34,870 nt of DNA from Octopus sinensis (GCF_006345805.1 NW_021832928.1:1-34870), one strand, 5' to 3'. Counted from the stretch's first letter, positions 11,173 through 23,871 are shown. Notes: a model not told the origin generated them from the sequence alone. A program made the numbers and translations.

Positions 11173-11750
11173 CAAGTATAAATAATGACCATACAAAACA
11201 ACTGAAAAGGCTGGAAATTTAGTCAAGAACCCGTTAATAAAATTTCCTATTTGGAAATTACAGAGCAATTGTCTTGAAATAATCCCTCAAAAGACGATTT
11301 AAATACGTTGTGAAAAAAATTGTATTAGAAATGGTGAATTATCGAAGAGAAAATCTTTATATCATCGACTGTAATTTAGAGAATTAAATGCTCCTAGACT
11401 AAAATTCTAAGCTATTCGGGCTACAACTCTGTTCAATAATCATAGAAGAGGGAGTGGCCCTAGCTGCTGTTTATGTTGTTGTTGTTGGTGGTGGTGGTTA
11501 TGATGGTTATGGTGGTAGCCGTGAAGTGTTGTCTGATGGTTTAGGGTAGAGTTGGTGAGATGGTGGTTGTAAGGAAATTGTATGATGCCTTGGTGTGTGT
11601 GTGTGTGTACATGCGTTTATGTGTGTATGGCTGTATATGCAAATGTGAGGTATATCATTCTAAGGACGTCCTCATTAATATCTCTTTACATAAAAATGCT
11701 TATACGACGCAACACACGACGCAATACGCCTCCTTAACTAACCGCCCACG

Positions 11751-11792
<42 letters not shown>

Positions 11793-11814
11793 TACAGGGT
11801 GGGCCAGAAGTCAC
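11793..11814 (+). mobile_element. Solo Tc1/mariner-like TIR fragment
   Basis: TA followed by CAGGGTGGGCCAGAAGTCAC resembles mariner TIR starts (TACAGGGTG...). I found no partner TIR in the window. Confidence 0.4.
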
Positions 11815-11935
11815 AAGCAAAATGGGTTCAATGCGCTCCAGAATTGTCAAAGACTTGTTTCTATTTCTCTAAAATAAAATAATAATGGATACACACGCAC
11901 TTATACATGACGAACAAAAGGAATAATAATGATTT

Positions 11936-12555
11936 AAAATTTTGGCACAGAGCCAGCAATTTCTGCAAGGGATAGCAGTTAATTTAATTACACTGCCACC
12001 CCCACCCCAACCCCACACACACCAGCCACCCGCCAGTGTTCAAGTAATGCTTATTTTACCGACTCTAAAATGATGAAGGGTAAAGTCGGCCTCGGCAGGA
12101 TTTGAACTCAGAACATAGCGGCAGATGAAATACCTATTTCTTTATTACCCACAAGGGGCTAAACATAGAGGGAACAAACAAGGACAGACATAGGTATTAA
12201 ATCGATTACATCGACCCCAGTGCGTAATTGGTGCTTAATTTATCGACCACGAAAGGATGAAAGTCAAAGTTGACCTCGGCGGAATTTGAACTCAGAACGT
12301 AGCGGCAAACGAAATACCATTAAGCATTCCGCCCGGCGTGCTAACGTTTCTACCAGATTGCCGCCTTTGTGAAACGATAAATATTTTTTTCTACTCTAAG
12401 CACAAGGCACAAACTTTTAGTGGAGGAGGGCAGTCGATTAGATCGACCCCAGTACGCAACTGGCACTTAATTTATCGACCCCGAAAAGATGGAAGTCAAA
12501 GTAGGCCTCGGCGGAATTTGAACTCAGAACGTAAAGACAAACGAAATACCGCTAA
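11936..12555 (-). mobile_element. Three tandem family-A SINE copies: 11936-12134 partial, 12135-12365 full, 12391-12555 partial
   Basis: Repeated AAAGT-G-CCTCGGC-GGA-TTTGAACTCAGAAC and ATCGACCCC motifs, all on the minus strand. Confidence 0.9.
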
Positions 12556-12629
12556 ATAGTAATGCTAAAAATGTTAATCAAATAAAATGTGAAAAGTGCA
12601 TATACATGTACATATATACACACATATAT

Positions 12630-12990
12630 AGGTTGCTCTTGGGCGCTACTGGTAAAACGAAACCTAGTATCAACTGTTACATAGTCGGGTCATCAGCGAC
12701 TAAACTGGAGACCCCATCAAGCTTGGTTGCTGAGGAAGGTGATTGTTGGACAATCTTCAGGACGTAAAATAAGACCAATCACAGGGCGGAAGAGCTCATG
12801 AGCAGTCAACGGCCTTCCAACAAAATGTGTACCAGTTTATGCATGCATGTACGTATGCGTGGGAACGTGGAAATACCTGGCTGGGTGTCTAGGCGCTCGG
12901 TTGGCCCACAGGGAGTGGAAGGCCCCTCTGTTGGTGCCATGATATCTCTCTAGGAGATGGGTAACTCTGAGAGAAAACCTGCGACACTGA
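12630..12990. mobile_element. Possible interspersed repeat, resembling a LINE (RTE-type) 5' region; contains CCAAT and GC-box motifs
   Basis: GC-richer stretch with CTGGAGACCCCATC...CCAATCACAGGGCGGAAGAGCTCATGAG. The family assignment is from memory only and there is no second copy in the window. Confidence 0.3.
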
Positions 12991-13287
12991 CAATATTCAA
13001 TGATGTAGACTAGTTCTTCTTTTCGAGTTTATGCTGTCCATTTTCAGAGAGTGGGATTGGATTTGTGCAAATCCTTTCCCCGCTATAACAAAATCATCAT
13101 GCACATGCATCGCTTAAAAGAACAAATTATGTCTTATCATAAAAATGGCTGGTTGTAGCCTTGGCCTGTGTGGGACTTTCGATCAGGCGATAGCAATACT
13201 CGAACGCGAGTTCGCAGTCATCATACACTCATATGTATGTATATACATAAATATACCTAGAGGTATACATTAATCTTTTTTTTTTAA

Positions 13288-13613
13288 ATTTTACTTTTAC
13301 TTGTTTCAGTCATTAGACTGAGGCCGTGCTGGGGCACTGTCTTGAATAATTTGTTTTAATCGAATGAAACAACCCCACTCTTTTCTTCTTCTTCTTCTTC
13401 TTCTTCTTCTTCTTCTTCTTCTTCTTTTTTTTGTTGCTAAGCGTGGTATTTACTGCATCGGTTCTTCTATCGGTACTTATTCTATCGCTAAGTTACGGGG
13501 ACGCAAACACACCAACCACCAGTTGTCAAGCGGTGGCGGGGAACAAACACACACACACACATGTGTGTATATGTATGTATATATATTATATTATATATAT
13601 ATATATCTATAAT

Positions 13614-13673
<60 letters not shown>

Positions 13674-13830
13674 TACATACATATATACGACGGGCTTCTT
13701 TCAGTTTCCGTACACCAAATCCACTGACAAGGCTTTGGTCGATCCTGCCCAACGGGACACGCATTGGGACTGAACCAGGAATCATGTGGTTGGGAGGCAA
13801 GCTATCTTACCATATAGCTACTCCTGTGCC
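13288..13830 (-). mobile_element. Family-B SINE with internal (TTC)n and (TA)n expansions
   Basis: The tail (13288-13345), body (13440-13545) and head (13685-13830) each match 33349-33706 in reverse complement and are collinear. Confidence 0.85.
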
Positions 13831-14287
13831 TAACTTCAACAAATCCAATGCGAAAGACCTACCTTTTTGAATACATCTATTAATGAGATGTCCTTAAAAG
13901 GACATAGAGAGATACAAAAGGATTGATGCTGAGAAATAAGATGTGCGGCGTGTGTGTGTGTGTGTGTTATGGGGTTCAAATGAGTGTATGGAAAATCGGA
14001 CCTATATCAAACTGGACAACACATTGATGACCATAATTCTCAGAAAATCAACAAACACAACAACAAAAAAAAGGAGTCACTGTTAAACGCCTATCAGTTA
14101 AAGAACGCAAAAAACTTTGTGTCTATGAATATCGGAACTTACCTGGAAAAAATCACAACCGAAATCACACACCTGGACATACACACGTGCACTCTGGCGA
14201 GTATATAGAGGAGTATAGGTTCAAATGTATGTAAGTAGGTAATTGGTACACAGCAATGCACACGTGCACGAAGACATGAGTGAACGT

Positions 14288-14363
<76 letters not shown>

Positions 14364-14499
14364 AAAGAGAGAGACAGAGAGAGAGAGAGAGAGGGAGAGA
14401 GAGAGAAAGAGATAGACAGACAGACAGATAGAGAAAGTGACAGACAGTCAGACGGATAGATAGACAGACGGACATATAGATAGATAGATAGATAGAGAG

Positions 14500-14536
<37 letters not shown>

Positions 14537-14554
14537 CCGACAGACAGACAGACG

Positions 14555-14642
<88 letters not shown>

Positions 14643-14650
14643 GATATAAC
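14288..14650. repeat. (GATA)n / (GA)n / (GACA)n microsatellites
   Basis: Seen directly. Confidence 0.95.
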
Positions 14651-14969
14651 TCCACTCTTTTTTTTTTGTTTCACTCTCAGCTTGTCTGTCTGTCTCTATC
14701 TCTCTTATTCTCTTTAGATACCTCCCTCCCTTCGTTTCCGTCACTGCCCTATCTCTAGCATGAAACCCCGTCCAGCACGCCTGAATAAGGCTATACGAGA
14801 AGCAAACCCCATCCCCTAGCTAACCTCCTACTGTGAATGCTTGTTAGGCGGTTAAGGTAATCGGTGCGTTTAACCACACGTTTGGACAATTCAGTGGTTA
14901 AGTAGCAATTAATGATATTTCCGTGCACCAACCTGGCTTTCCCCCCGACTGCATTCCGCGAAAAACCGC

Positions 14970-15128
14970 ACCCACCACCACCACCACGAACAACAGCAAC
15001 AACAATAAAACATCACAAACACAACAACAACAGCAACAACATTCCACTCACCGCTACAATCATCGCCACCTGACATCCTCGAAGCACCGTACGTTCGCAG
15101 ACTTATCGTATGTCAACATCACCATCAC

Positions 15129-15171
<43 letters not shown>

Positions 15172-15181
15172 GTCATCATCG

Positions 15182-15216
<35 letters not shown>

Positions 15217-15530
15217 GTCATCATCATCGTCATCATCATCATCGTCATCATCGTAATCATCATCATCATCATCATCATCATTATCATCAATTTTAACACC
15301 ACCAAAAGCATTATCATCGCCGCCATCATCATAAGGATCATTAAGATAATATATATATGTGTATATATATTATACAGACAGAGACAAAGAGTATATATAT
15401 ACATATATATTATTATATATACGCCTCGTACTTCCTCATCACCAACACAACCACCACATCTCCACCCCACCCACTATCTCTATTACTACCACCAAGACCA
15501 CCACCACCACCACCAACCACAACTAACTAA
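14970..15530. repeat. (CAC)n / (CAA)n / (CAT)n / (AT)n microsatellites
   Basis: Seen directly. Confidence 0.9.
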
Positions 15531-15709
15531 AAAGAAGACATCCGCCCCTCGCCTTCCCACCACCACTGTCGACGTTTAATCTACACTGAATGGTAAGAAC
15601 CGTTTGATCTTTGCCGCCAGCCATTGTGAAATATTCTCCTCAGATTATCGCCATTTTATTTCGAAAAACTAAAAGAACAAATGAAATATAAATCCATAAT
15701 TATATAAAA

Positions 15710-15749
15710 ATAAATAAATAAATAATAATATTAATGATAGTAGTAGTAA

Positions 15750-15809
<60 letters not shown>

Positions 15810-15980
15810 TGGTTGTAGTAGTAGTCGTAATAATAATAATGATAATAATGAGAAGAAGAAGAAGAAGAAGAAGAAGAAGAAGAAGAAGAAGAAGAAGAAG
15901 AAGAAGAAGAAGAAGAAGAGAAGAAGAAGAAGAAGAAGCAGAAGAGGAAGAAGAAGAAGCAGAAGAAGAAGAAAAGAAGA
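15710..15980. repeat. (AGT)n / (AAT)n / (AGA)n microsatellites
   Basis: Seen directly. Confidence 0.95.
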
Positions 15981-16299
15981 ATAGTAAATCTTGAAGTAAA
16001 ACATTAAGAAATGCCAAAATTACATCTTAACTTCTCTTTCAGTATATCTTCACATCTCTCTTTCTACCTCTATCTTTCTTAGTCTTTCACACTCTTTTGG
16101 GGGTTTCCTTCTCTCGAGTGTTATAAAATTGTCTATCTCTTAGACTTTATTCCACATTTACGTTGTCTCGTATTCTCTGTCTTACATCAAGTTATCGATA
16201 TATCAAAATATATGTTCCAGCACGTCCTCACCTTCATATTTTTTCGTTAATTTATTTGTTTATTTGAATTGATTTCATATATATATATATATATTGTTA

Positions 16300-16631
16300 A
16301 TCAAAGGACATACTAAGTATGTCTACCTGCTGGAAATAACAGTCAAGACTCTCATTGAAATCGCCAAAATACATTTATCATAACTACAGATATCAACCGT
16401 CCGAAGACAAACGGGCTAAGACAATCTCCCTACGTACATTCAAGTATTTGGACTCACGTGGACCGGTTTCTGCTCTGGCAAAAATAGCCTCATTTCCTCA
16501 GCACGTGGGAGATTTATCCCGTTTGCCTTCGAACGGTTGATTTCTGTAGTTATTATCAATGTATTTAGGCGATTTAAATGAGTCTTAACTGTTATTTCCA
16601 GCAGCTAGACATACATAGTATGTCCTTTGAG
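16300..16631. mobile_element. Non-autonomous DNA transposon (MITE) with ~135-bp TIRs and a TA target-site duplication
   Basis: 16301-16435 is the reverse complement of 16501-16630 (TCAAAGGACATACTA-GTATGTCTA-CTGCTGGAAATAACAGT...). TA is present at 16298-16299 and 16632-16633, consistent with the Tc1/mariner class. Confidence 0.85.
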
Positions 16632-16964
16632 TAATTTTACTCCTTCAGCTATTTAATGCTATTTTGAGCCTGCAATCGCCTATATTATTGATTCTGTTAT
16701 CATTTTTAAATTGTTACAGAGTCAGTGGTATCTTCACAAATTATTTTTCGTGAATTATTTGCTCCGTATTGAATAAATGTCTGTCCCACTCTGTCCCTCG
16801 CTGTTCCTCCTTGACTATCTCGTTGCTCACATCTGACCAGCGGCCATCTTTCTTCTCCAAACTCGAATTTCATTATTTCTACTCCTTACGCTACAAGGGA
16901 CAGCACGCATTTTTGTCTGTCTCCTGTCAAAGCTTGTTTCTCCAGCGTTCACCACTTTACCTCG

Positions 16965-17200
16965 TTATGACTTAACGGCCCTTACCGTTTGTTTTAACTG
17001 TCATGTTTTTGTTACCAGCTTTGACCCTCTGCAAATCCCAAATTTTATTTAATTTGCTTTGCGGGAGCGACTGTTTTGACGAAGACGCATATTGTCATAA
17101 TGCTTGAAATGCGGAATAGATATAACAGGGGACCACTGATGATGGGATCGCTCTTTATGTTGCCTGTTTAGTTTTTCTATTTCTTTCTTTGTTCGCAAAA
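16965..17200 (+). mobile_element. Diverged copy of the repeat at 25027-25340 (possibly PLE-related)
   Basis: TTGTTACCAGCTTTGACCCT...ATCCCAAATTTTATTT...ATGCTTGAAATG...TGATG..GGG.TCGCTCTTTATGTT is collinear with the reverse complement of 25100-25330. Confidence 0.7.
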
Positions 17201-17202
17201 AT

Positions 17203-17353
17203 TTTCGTTTTCCATATTTTTCATCCAACCACAAGGCTTTGGTTGTCCGGAGGCTATTATGGAAGATACTTGCCCAAGGTGCTGGCAGTGTGACAGAGCC
17301 CAGTGCCATAGAGTTATGAAGCAAAATTCTCACTCCAGTGCCACGGCTACGCC
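17203..17353 (-). mobile_element. Family-B SINE head with CORE-like segment
   Basis: CACAAGGCTTTGGT..CCGGAGGCTAT...GAAGATACTTGCCCAAGGTGC matches 33400-33460 in reverse complement. Confidence 0.8.
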
Positions 17354-17360
17354 TATATTT

Positions 17361-17668
17361 TTGTTGTTTGTTCCTTCCCGTGCCATGCCTGGCTCATAAG
17401 AGCCGGTTTCCCGGTTTCCTTGGAGTATATAGGTTCCCCACCTGGACGGGACGCCACTCCCTCGCAGGTGAGCTGCTAGATGCAGGAGGAAAGAGAGAGA
17501 GAAAGTTGTGACTAAAGAGTCAGCAGAAGTTCTTCTATCACCTTCTGTCGGTGGCCGCGTGGATCTTAGGTGTTTCGCTCATAAACACACACATCGCCCA
17601 GTCTGAGTTTCGAAGCCGCGATCCCTCGACCGCGAGTCCGCTGCTCTAAACACTAAGCCAGGTGTCTC
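17361..17668 (-). mobile_element. tRNA-derived SINE (family C head, GCAGCGGACTCGCGGTC) with a GTCCCGTCCAGG...GAAACCGGGAAACCGG tail
   Basis: The head and ~190 bp of body are shared with 30030-30222. A- and B-box-like motifs are present. Confidence 0.85.
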
Positions 17669-17880
17669 TACGTTGACACGTTGTCAATGATGTTATATTA
17701 TCGTAATAACCAAAATCAGAGGAGACAGATGTAGATGAGCTTCGACGAAAGATTGCTACCACGATTGCCATACACTTGTACCTGAGACTGACTCTCTTTC
17801 CCTTTATATTTCAGATCACAAAGTCTCAAATCTCTCCGTTTCTTTACAGCACCTACTTCTGTTGTATCGTTTCTTTGTGT

Positions 17881-18192
17881 CAGTGGTTCTCAACCAGGAT
17901 CTATATGACCCTTGGGGTCCACATAAGATTATGGGTGGTCCATGTAAACAAAGAAATAAATTAGGGATCCACACTTGTATTTCAGTGGCCCATGAAAAAG
18001 TTTTTTTTAAACATATTTATTGCAAGAAGCAGCTAGCTTTCTTTTTCTGATGTTCTACATAGTTCAACTTGTTTCTATAGTTCAACCTATATCTATAAAA
18101 CTACTTTTTGAGCATCGAATGACTTTGGGGCTCCACAAAAATAAAATAGTAATCAAAGTGGTCTATAAGTAAATAATGGTTGAGAACTACTG
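17881..18192 (+). mobile_element. hAT (Charlie-like) MITE, 312 bp
   Basis: TIRs CAGTGGTTCTCAACC and GGTTGAGAACTACTG (14/15 inverted). The 8-bp flanks are CTTTGTGT and CTTTAAGT (6/8), a decayed TSD. Confidence 0.9.
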
Positions 18193-18282
18193 CTTTAAGT
18201 TTGTTTCACCCGCAGCATTATTTGCATTCGTGTCGACAAGTCAAACTTATTGATACAAATGGCGAGATATATTGTTTTAAAG

Positions 18283-18900
18283 TTTTGTTGCTAGGTCAGT
18301 AGTTTCGGGATAGTGGGTAAAACGACTATTTCGACACCAGTACTCAACTGGTACTTATTCTATTGACCCTGAAATTATGAAAAGTATAATCGATCTCCAC
18401 GGAATTTGAACTCCGCTAAGCAATTTACTCGGCGTGCTAAAGTTCTTACAAGCTCGCCACTTTAGTAACGACACATTTTGGTTCCAAATTTCGGCACAAT
18501 TCCTGCCCAGTAATTTCGAAAGAGTGAAGTAAATCGATTAGATCGACCACAGAGATCAGCTGGTACTTATTTTATCGACCCCAAAATGAGGAAAGGCAAA
18601 ATTGATCTCGGCGGAGTTTGACGAAACGCCACTAAACATTTTGGTCGCCATGCTAACGATCCAACCAGCTCGCAGCCTTAACGAGGAGATATACTGATTT
18701 CAAATTTTGGCACAAAGCCAGCAATTTCAGAGGAGTGTGTCACTGAATTAGATCGATCTCTGTGTTTAACTAGTACTTTTTTATCGTCCCGAAAAAAAAA
18801 AATGAAGAGTGAAGTCGACCCTGGAACCCAGAACGTAAAAACGGGCAATATGTCACTATATACTTTGTCCGGCGTGCGAACGATTCTACCAGCTCGCCGC
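18283..18900 (-). mobile_element. Three tandem diverged family-A SINEs (18283-18460, 18481-18677, 18698-18900)
   Basis: Each runs from AAATTT(T)GGCACAA...CAG-AATTTC to ...GCTAACG-TTC-ACCAGCTCGCC in the same orientation. Confidence 0.85.
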
Positions 18901-19809
18901 TTTTATGACAAGATGTATTGACTGATAATTAGCATATAGCGTTTATAATAATTCCATTCATGCATCTGCTCCTGTTGCTTGTTAATCTCTACATCATCCT
19001 TATCCTGAGAGTCATCTTCATAGGTTAGACTTATTTTTATCTCTAATAATCTATAGTCTTTATATCACAATTATCCTTTTCTCTTAGCTTGTCTATTTAT
19101 AAGCACTCTCTAAATATTATCATTCATTTATTTATCTCATATCAGGTATTAATGCGCCTGTCTTAGTCTACCTATCGGTACATTTCGGCGGTATCTACAC
19201 CCATTACTCGAGAAGTCAACTGCTATAGCCACCTTTTCTTTCATATACAAATTCCACTTTAAACTATTGCGTCTTCACAACACTTTCAGCTCAACATTCT
19301 TCTGATTTTAAGTAGTTTTATTGCTCTACAAATGCAATTCCTTATTCATTTGTCCGTTATTATTCTAAATTTATGCATTTATGTTAGAATGTTATAAGTT
19401 TCCTGTTTTATCTGAAAATGGAATCAATCACGTCAATCACGGCACTGTGATAAGTATTGAACTATAATCAATAAACTGTCAGTTTGCTGGTTGTTCATTT
19501 ACATTGCGATTGAAGTAATAGTCTTACCAGGACACAATTTTATTTAGAAGTTTTCGTTATAGAAGTTTAATACTACGTAGTAAATCAAAAGAGTCTTTAG
19601 GCTTTTTTTCTTTTTGTTACAAATATAAAGTTCTCAATATTCGTATACAGCCGCCGTTTCGATTTACTTGAATCTCTTCAGTATGGAGTAACTAAGGGGT
19701 CAATAAATTACATTGTAATCTTTACAATACGAAGAGAGGGGAAAACTATATTTGACAGGAAGAGAAATATGAAGACTGCAATACTATTGAGCAGGTTGCC
19801 TCATTTGAC

Positions 19810-19882
19810 ACCATCATCATCATCATCATCGTCATCATCATCATTATCATCATCATCATCATCATCATCATCATCGGCAGCC

Positions 19883-19927
<45 letters not shown>

Positions 19928-20027
19928 CCATCGGCATCCTCCTCCTCCTCCTCCTCCTCCTCCTCCTCCTCATCATCATCATCATCATCATCGTCATCAT
20001 CGTCACCATCGTCACCATCATCATCAC

Positions 20028-20059
<32 letters not shown>

Positions 20060-20350
20060 CCACCGTCGTCATCATCATCATCATCACCATCGGCATCATC
20101 ATCATCATTATCATCCTCCTCCTCCTCCCCCTCCTCCCCCTCCTCCTCCTCATCATGATCATCGTCATCATCATGATCATAATCATGATCATCGTCATCA
20201 TCATCACCATCATCATCGTCATCATCGTCACCATCATCATCACCATCATCATCATCACCATCGGCATCATCATCATCATCGTCACCATCGTCGTCATCAT
20301 CATCATCATCATCATCATCGTCTTCATGATCAACTACAATAACAACAACA
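19810..20350. repeat. (CAT)n / (CCT)n trinucleotide block
   Basis: Seen directly. It accounts for the D/E-, M- and S-rich ORFs. Confidence 0.95.
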
Positions 20351-20462
20351 ACCGTTTCTATTTGTCTTCTACAACAATGCACAATCGTATAATCTTTATC
20401 ATCAAAGCACAAGTTCTCGCCGTTCGTATTGTTTCTTTCTCGCAGACCAGATCCTTGATGTT

Positions 20463-20500
<38 letters not shown>

Positions 20501-20919
20501 TGTTGTTGTTGCTGTCATCATCATTGATGTTGCTGTCTCCATGTCCATCCATCCATCCATCCATCCACCCATCCATCCATCCTAAATGCACCCCTTTTGC
20601 TCATCAATCCCCATTGCTTCTTCGCTTACACGCGCAGGCACTTGCTCTTTACATATTCCGTGTATTATTATATTTTCAGGCTGGGTGGGGTTCTGGGGGT
20701 GAAACGGGGGAAGGTTCCATTCTTCCTACCCTCGTTTCATTTGCCCCCCCATCCCTTCCCACTCCCATCCTTCCGTTTCTTCCCTCACCCCACCCCACCC
20801 CACACCACCGCACCCCTCTATTCACTTTCTTCGCCTGTCTTTCCCATGTCTTTAAAGCCAAAACTTGACCTCGCTCGAACTTTCAATTCTTTTCCAACGA
20901 AAAAAATGATCCATCATCA

Positions 20920-21297
20920 TTATCGTTGTAATCACTATCATGAACGTCACCGTCATAAACATCGTTGGCATCATCACCACCGTCACCACCACCACAACCA
21001 CCATCATCATCATCATCATCATTATCATCATCATTATCATCATCATCATCATCAGCAGCAGCAGCAGCTGCATCAACAGCAACATTGGTATAGCATGCGT
21101 TCTCAGTTTCTCCGCTTGCATCGTCTTTCTATGTGTCTATATATCTTTATATGCACGCGCACACGCACACGCACGTGTGTATATATATATATATGTGTAT
21201 GTGTGTGTGTGTGTGTGTATACATATACATACATATAAGTATCTCGATACATGTATAAACAAATACATACGCGTATATATATATATATTATATAATG

Positions 21298-21332
<35 letters not shown>

Positions 21333-21540
21333 ATATATATATATCTATATATGCATATATTTTTATATATATTTATATATATATATGCGCATATATATAC
21401 ATACATACGTGTGTGCATGCATATAGATGCACATGTATGCGCATATGTGTGTGTGTGTGTGTGTGTGTTTGTGTACGTTTGTGCATGTATTCATACACAT
21501 GAAGCCGTGACTGTAAATGTATCTACATGTGCATATCTAT
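20920..21540. repeat. (CAT)n, (CAG)n, (AT)n and (GT)n microsatellites
   Basis: Seen directly. Confidence 0.9.
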
Positions 21541-21922
21541 AGCGGTGCACATTCACGGTCCTTGATATTTGAGAATGTCTTGGGTTACATAGAAACGACG
21601 CAGGAATTATGAGTGGTGCACGGAGGAGGGGGGGGGCGTAAGTATGATTCTCAGGAATGGTTAACGATGCTTAATGTAGAAGACACACGGTGAGACATGT
21701 GTGTCTGGGTGTATCGGAGCTGAGTGTTGAGTGTATACATACCGTATATAGACAATTGAAATAGCGTAAAGAGCGCATAGTGATGTACAGAACAATGTGT
21801 GATTGTTTATTTTTTTTCTGTGTTTATATGTAAGTGTGGGTATGTATATACGTATATACATATCTATGTGTGTGTGTTTATGCATGTGTGTATGTATGCA
21901 TGCATGCATGCATATATGTATG

Positions 21923-21949
<27 letters not shown>

Positions 21950-21971
<22 letters not shown>

Positions 21972-22353
21972 TATATATTATATATCAGATATACATATGA
22001 TATATTATACATTATATATACATATATATATATATATATTATATATATTATATATACATATACATACGTACAAATGCACACTCACATGCGCGCATATTCC
22101 TGCATATATAGCATGTATTCGTATGACAAATTCCATTTCACTACTTGAAGATGATGGATTCATTTTTCGAATGAGTCTGAAAAGATGATTGTGCGTTTGG
22201 GAGCGGCGATAGAAAGTTTGAAAATCTAGAAGAATTGGTCTTTCTCGTCGTTTAGGCAATGCTTTACTAGCGTGCTGGTTCCAGAGTGACAAATCTATAG
22301 TAAACATCGCAAGGATACAATTCTTAGGAATTGGCTTCAATTCCAATATTTCT

Positions 22354-22399
<46 letters not shown>

Positions 22400-22536
22400 T
22401 TCTTTCTCTCGTTCTCTCTTCCTTTTTGTTTCTGCTTCGCGTGTTTGGTAAATATTTCCAGAAACAATATACATGATGACGTTGAGTATAACACGGAGGG
22501 AAGGAATGATGTGGAAAGATGAGATGGGGGAAAGGA

Positions 22537-22571
<35 letters not shown>

Positions 22572-22928
22572 AAGGGAGAGAAAGGGAGAGAGAGTGAACG
22601 AGAGAGAGAGAACGAGAGAGAGAGAGAGAAGCGAAGAGAAAATAAGTGTGTGAGAGAGTGAGAAACGGCGAGAGAAATGGATGGAATTGTATCTGGGAAG
22701 GGGTGTATAATGAAGTAGAGGCTAAAATTCCACGAAATTGGATATTTTCGCGTGGTGCATACTGCATGAAAACACGAACATGGACTCGCACATACACACA
22801 CATGTACACACGCATACACGTACACATACATACCACAGGTGAGCGCATGCAGGCATACACACACACAAATAAATGTATAGCAGTATGTATGTATGTATGT
22901 ATGTATGTATGTATGTATATATATATAT

Positions 22929-22976
<48 letters not shown>

Positions 22977-23217
22977 ATATATATGCATATCTATCTGCAA
23001 ATGTATGTTATAATCGTAATAGAAAACGTGATTAGCACTTTAAGCTTTATGAAATATACACATGTTTCAGCAAACCGCCCATGGTTGTCAAGCAAAGCAA
23101 TTTGCCAGAGCCTTTATACAACCGGATTACGTCTTCAACGTTGACTTTGTGTGTATGGGTGTATGTATATATATATACGTGTGTGTGTGTTTACGTATAT
23201 ATATATATATTATATAT

Positions 23218-23249
<32 letters not shown>

Positions 23250-23871
23250 GATATATATATATATATATATGTATATATTAAGATTAATCAGCCGAAATTG
23301 CGAAGATGATCCGGTTCTTAACTGAAGATTGAAGGCTTCGAATGTCCCGTCCGTGTTTTTTGTATCGTCTTCTAAATGTTTCACGTTCTTGTCCCAGTTT
23401 GTATTTTTTTACATTTACATATATATATATATATATATATAATATATATATGTGTATATATATATATTATATATATATATATTATATGTATATATATTAT
23501 ATATCAGATATACATATGATATATTATACATTATATATACATATATATATATATATATATTATATATATTATATATACATATACATACGTACAAATGCAC
23601 ACTCACATGCGCGCATATTCCTGCATATATAGCATGTATTCGTATGACAAATTCCATTTCACTACTTGAAGATGATGGATTCATTTTTCGAATGAGTCTG
23701 AAAAGATGATTGTGCGTTTGGGAGCGGCGATAGAAAGTTGAAAATCTAGAAGAATGGTCTTTCTCGTCGTTTAGGCAATGCTTTACTAGCGTGCTGGTTC
23801 CAGAGTGACAAATCTATAGTAACATCGCAAGGATACAATCTTTAGGAATTGGCTTCAATTCCAATATTTCT

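Noticed and set aside
13038-13160. Possible exon after TTTTCAG (RVGLDLCKSFPRYNKIIMHMHRLKEQ..)
   Set aside because: Only 36 codons to a stop, no donor site, and no recognisable homology.
400-13200. Apparent enrichment of (C/T)CATAAA Cdx/Hox13 sites, suggesting a Hox-cluster context
   Set aside because: The count is near chance expectation for AT-rich DNA, and no homeobox sequence is present.
15540-15590. Donor-like TG|GTAAGA
   Set aside because: All upstream frames hit stops or microsatellite, and there is no matching acceptor.
19759-19800. Possible 36-nt exon (EEKYEDCNTIEQ)
   Set aside because: The acceptor lacks a pyrimidine tract and the donor (GTTGCC) is weak.
19801-20412. 203-aa Asp/Glu-rich ORF resembling acidic biomineralisation proteins (aspein-like)
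   Set aside because: TTG start, no signal peptide, and entirely (GAT/GAG)n. Trinucleotide slippage preserves frame without selection, and the other frames are open too. The same applies to 3548-3961 and 32210-32578.
22005-22346. 113-aa minus-strand ORF in the unique part of the 1.5-kb duplication
   Set aside because: No recognisable domain or splice signals, it runs into (TA)n, and it is broken in copy 2 (although those breaks may be sequencing errors).
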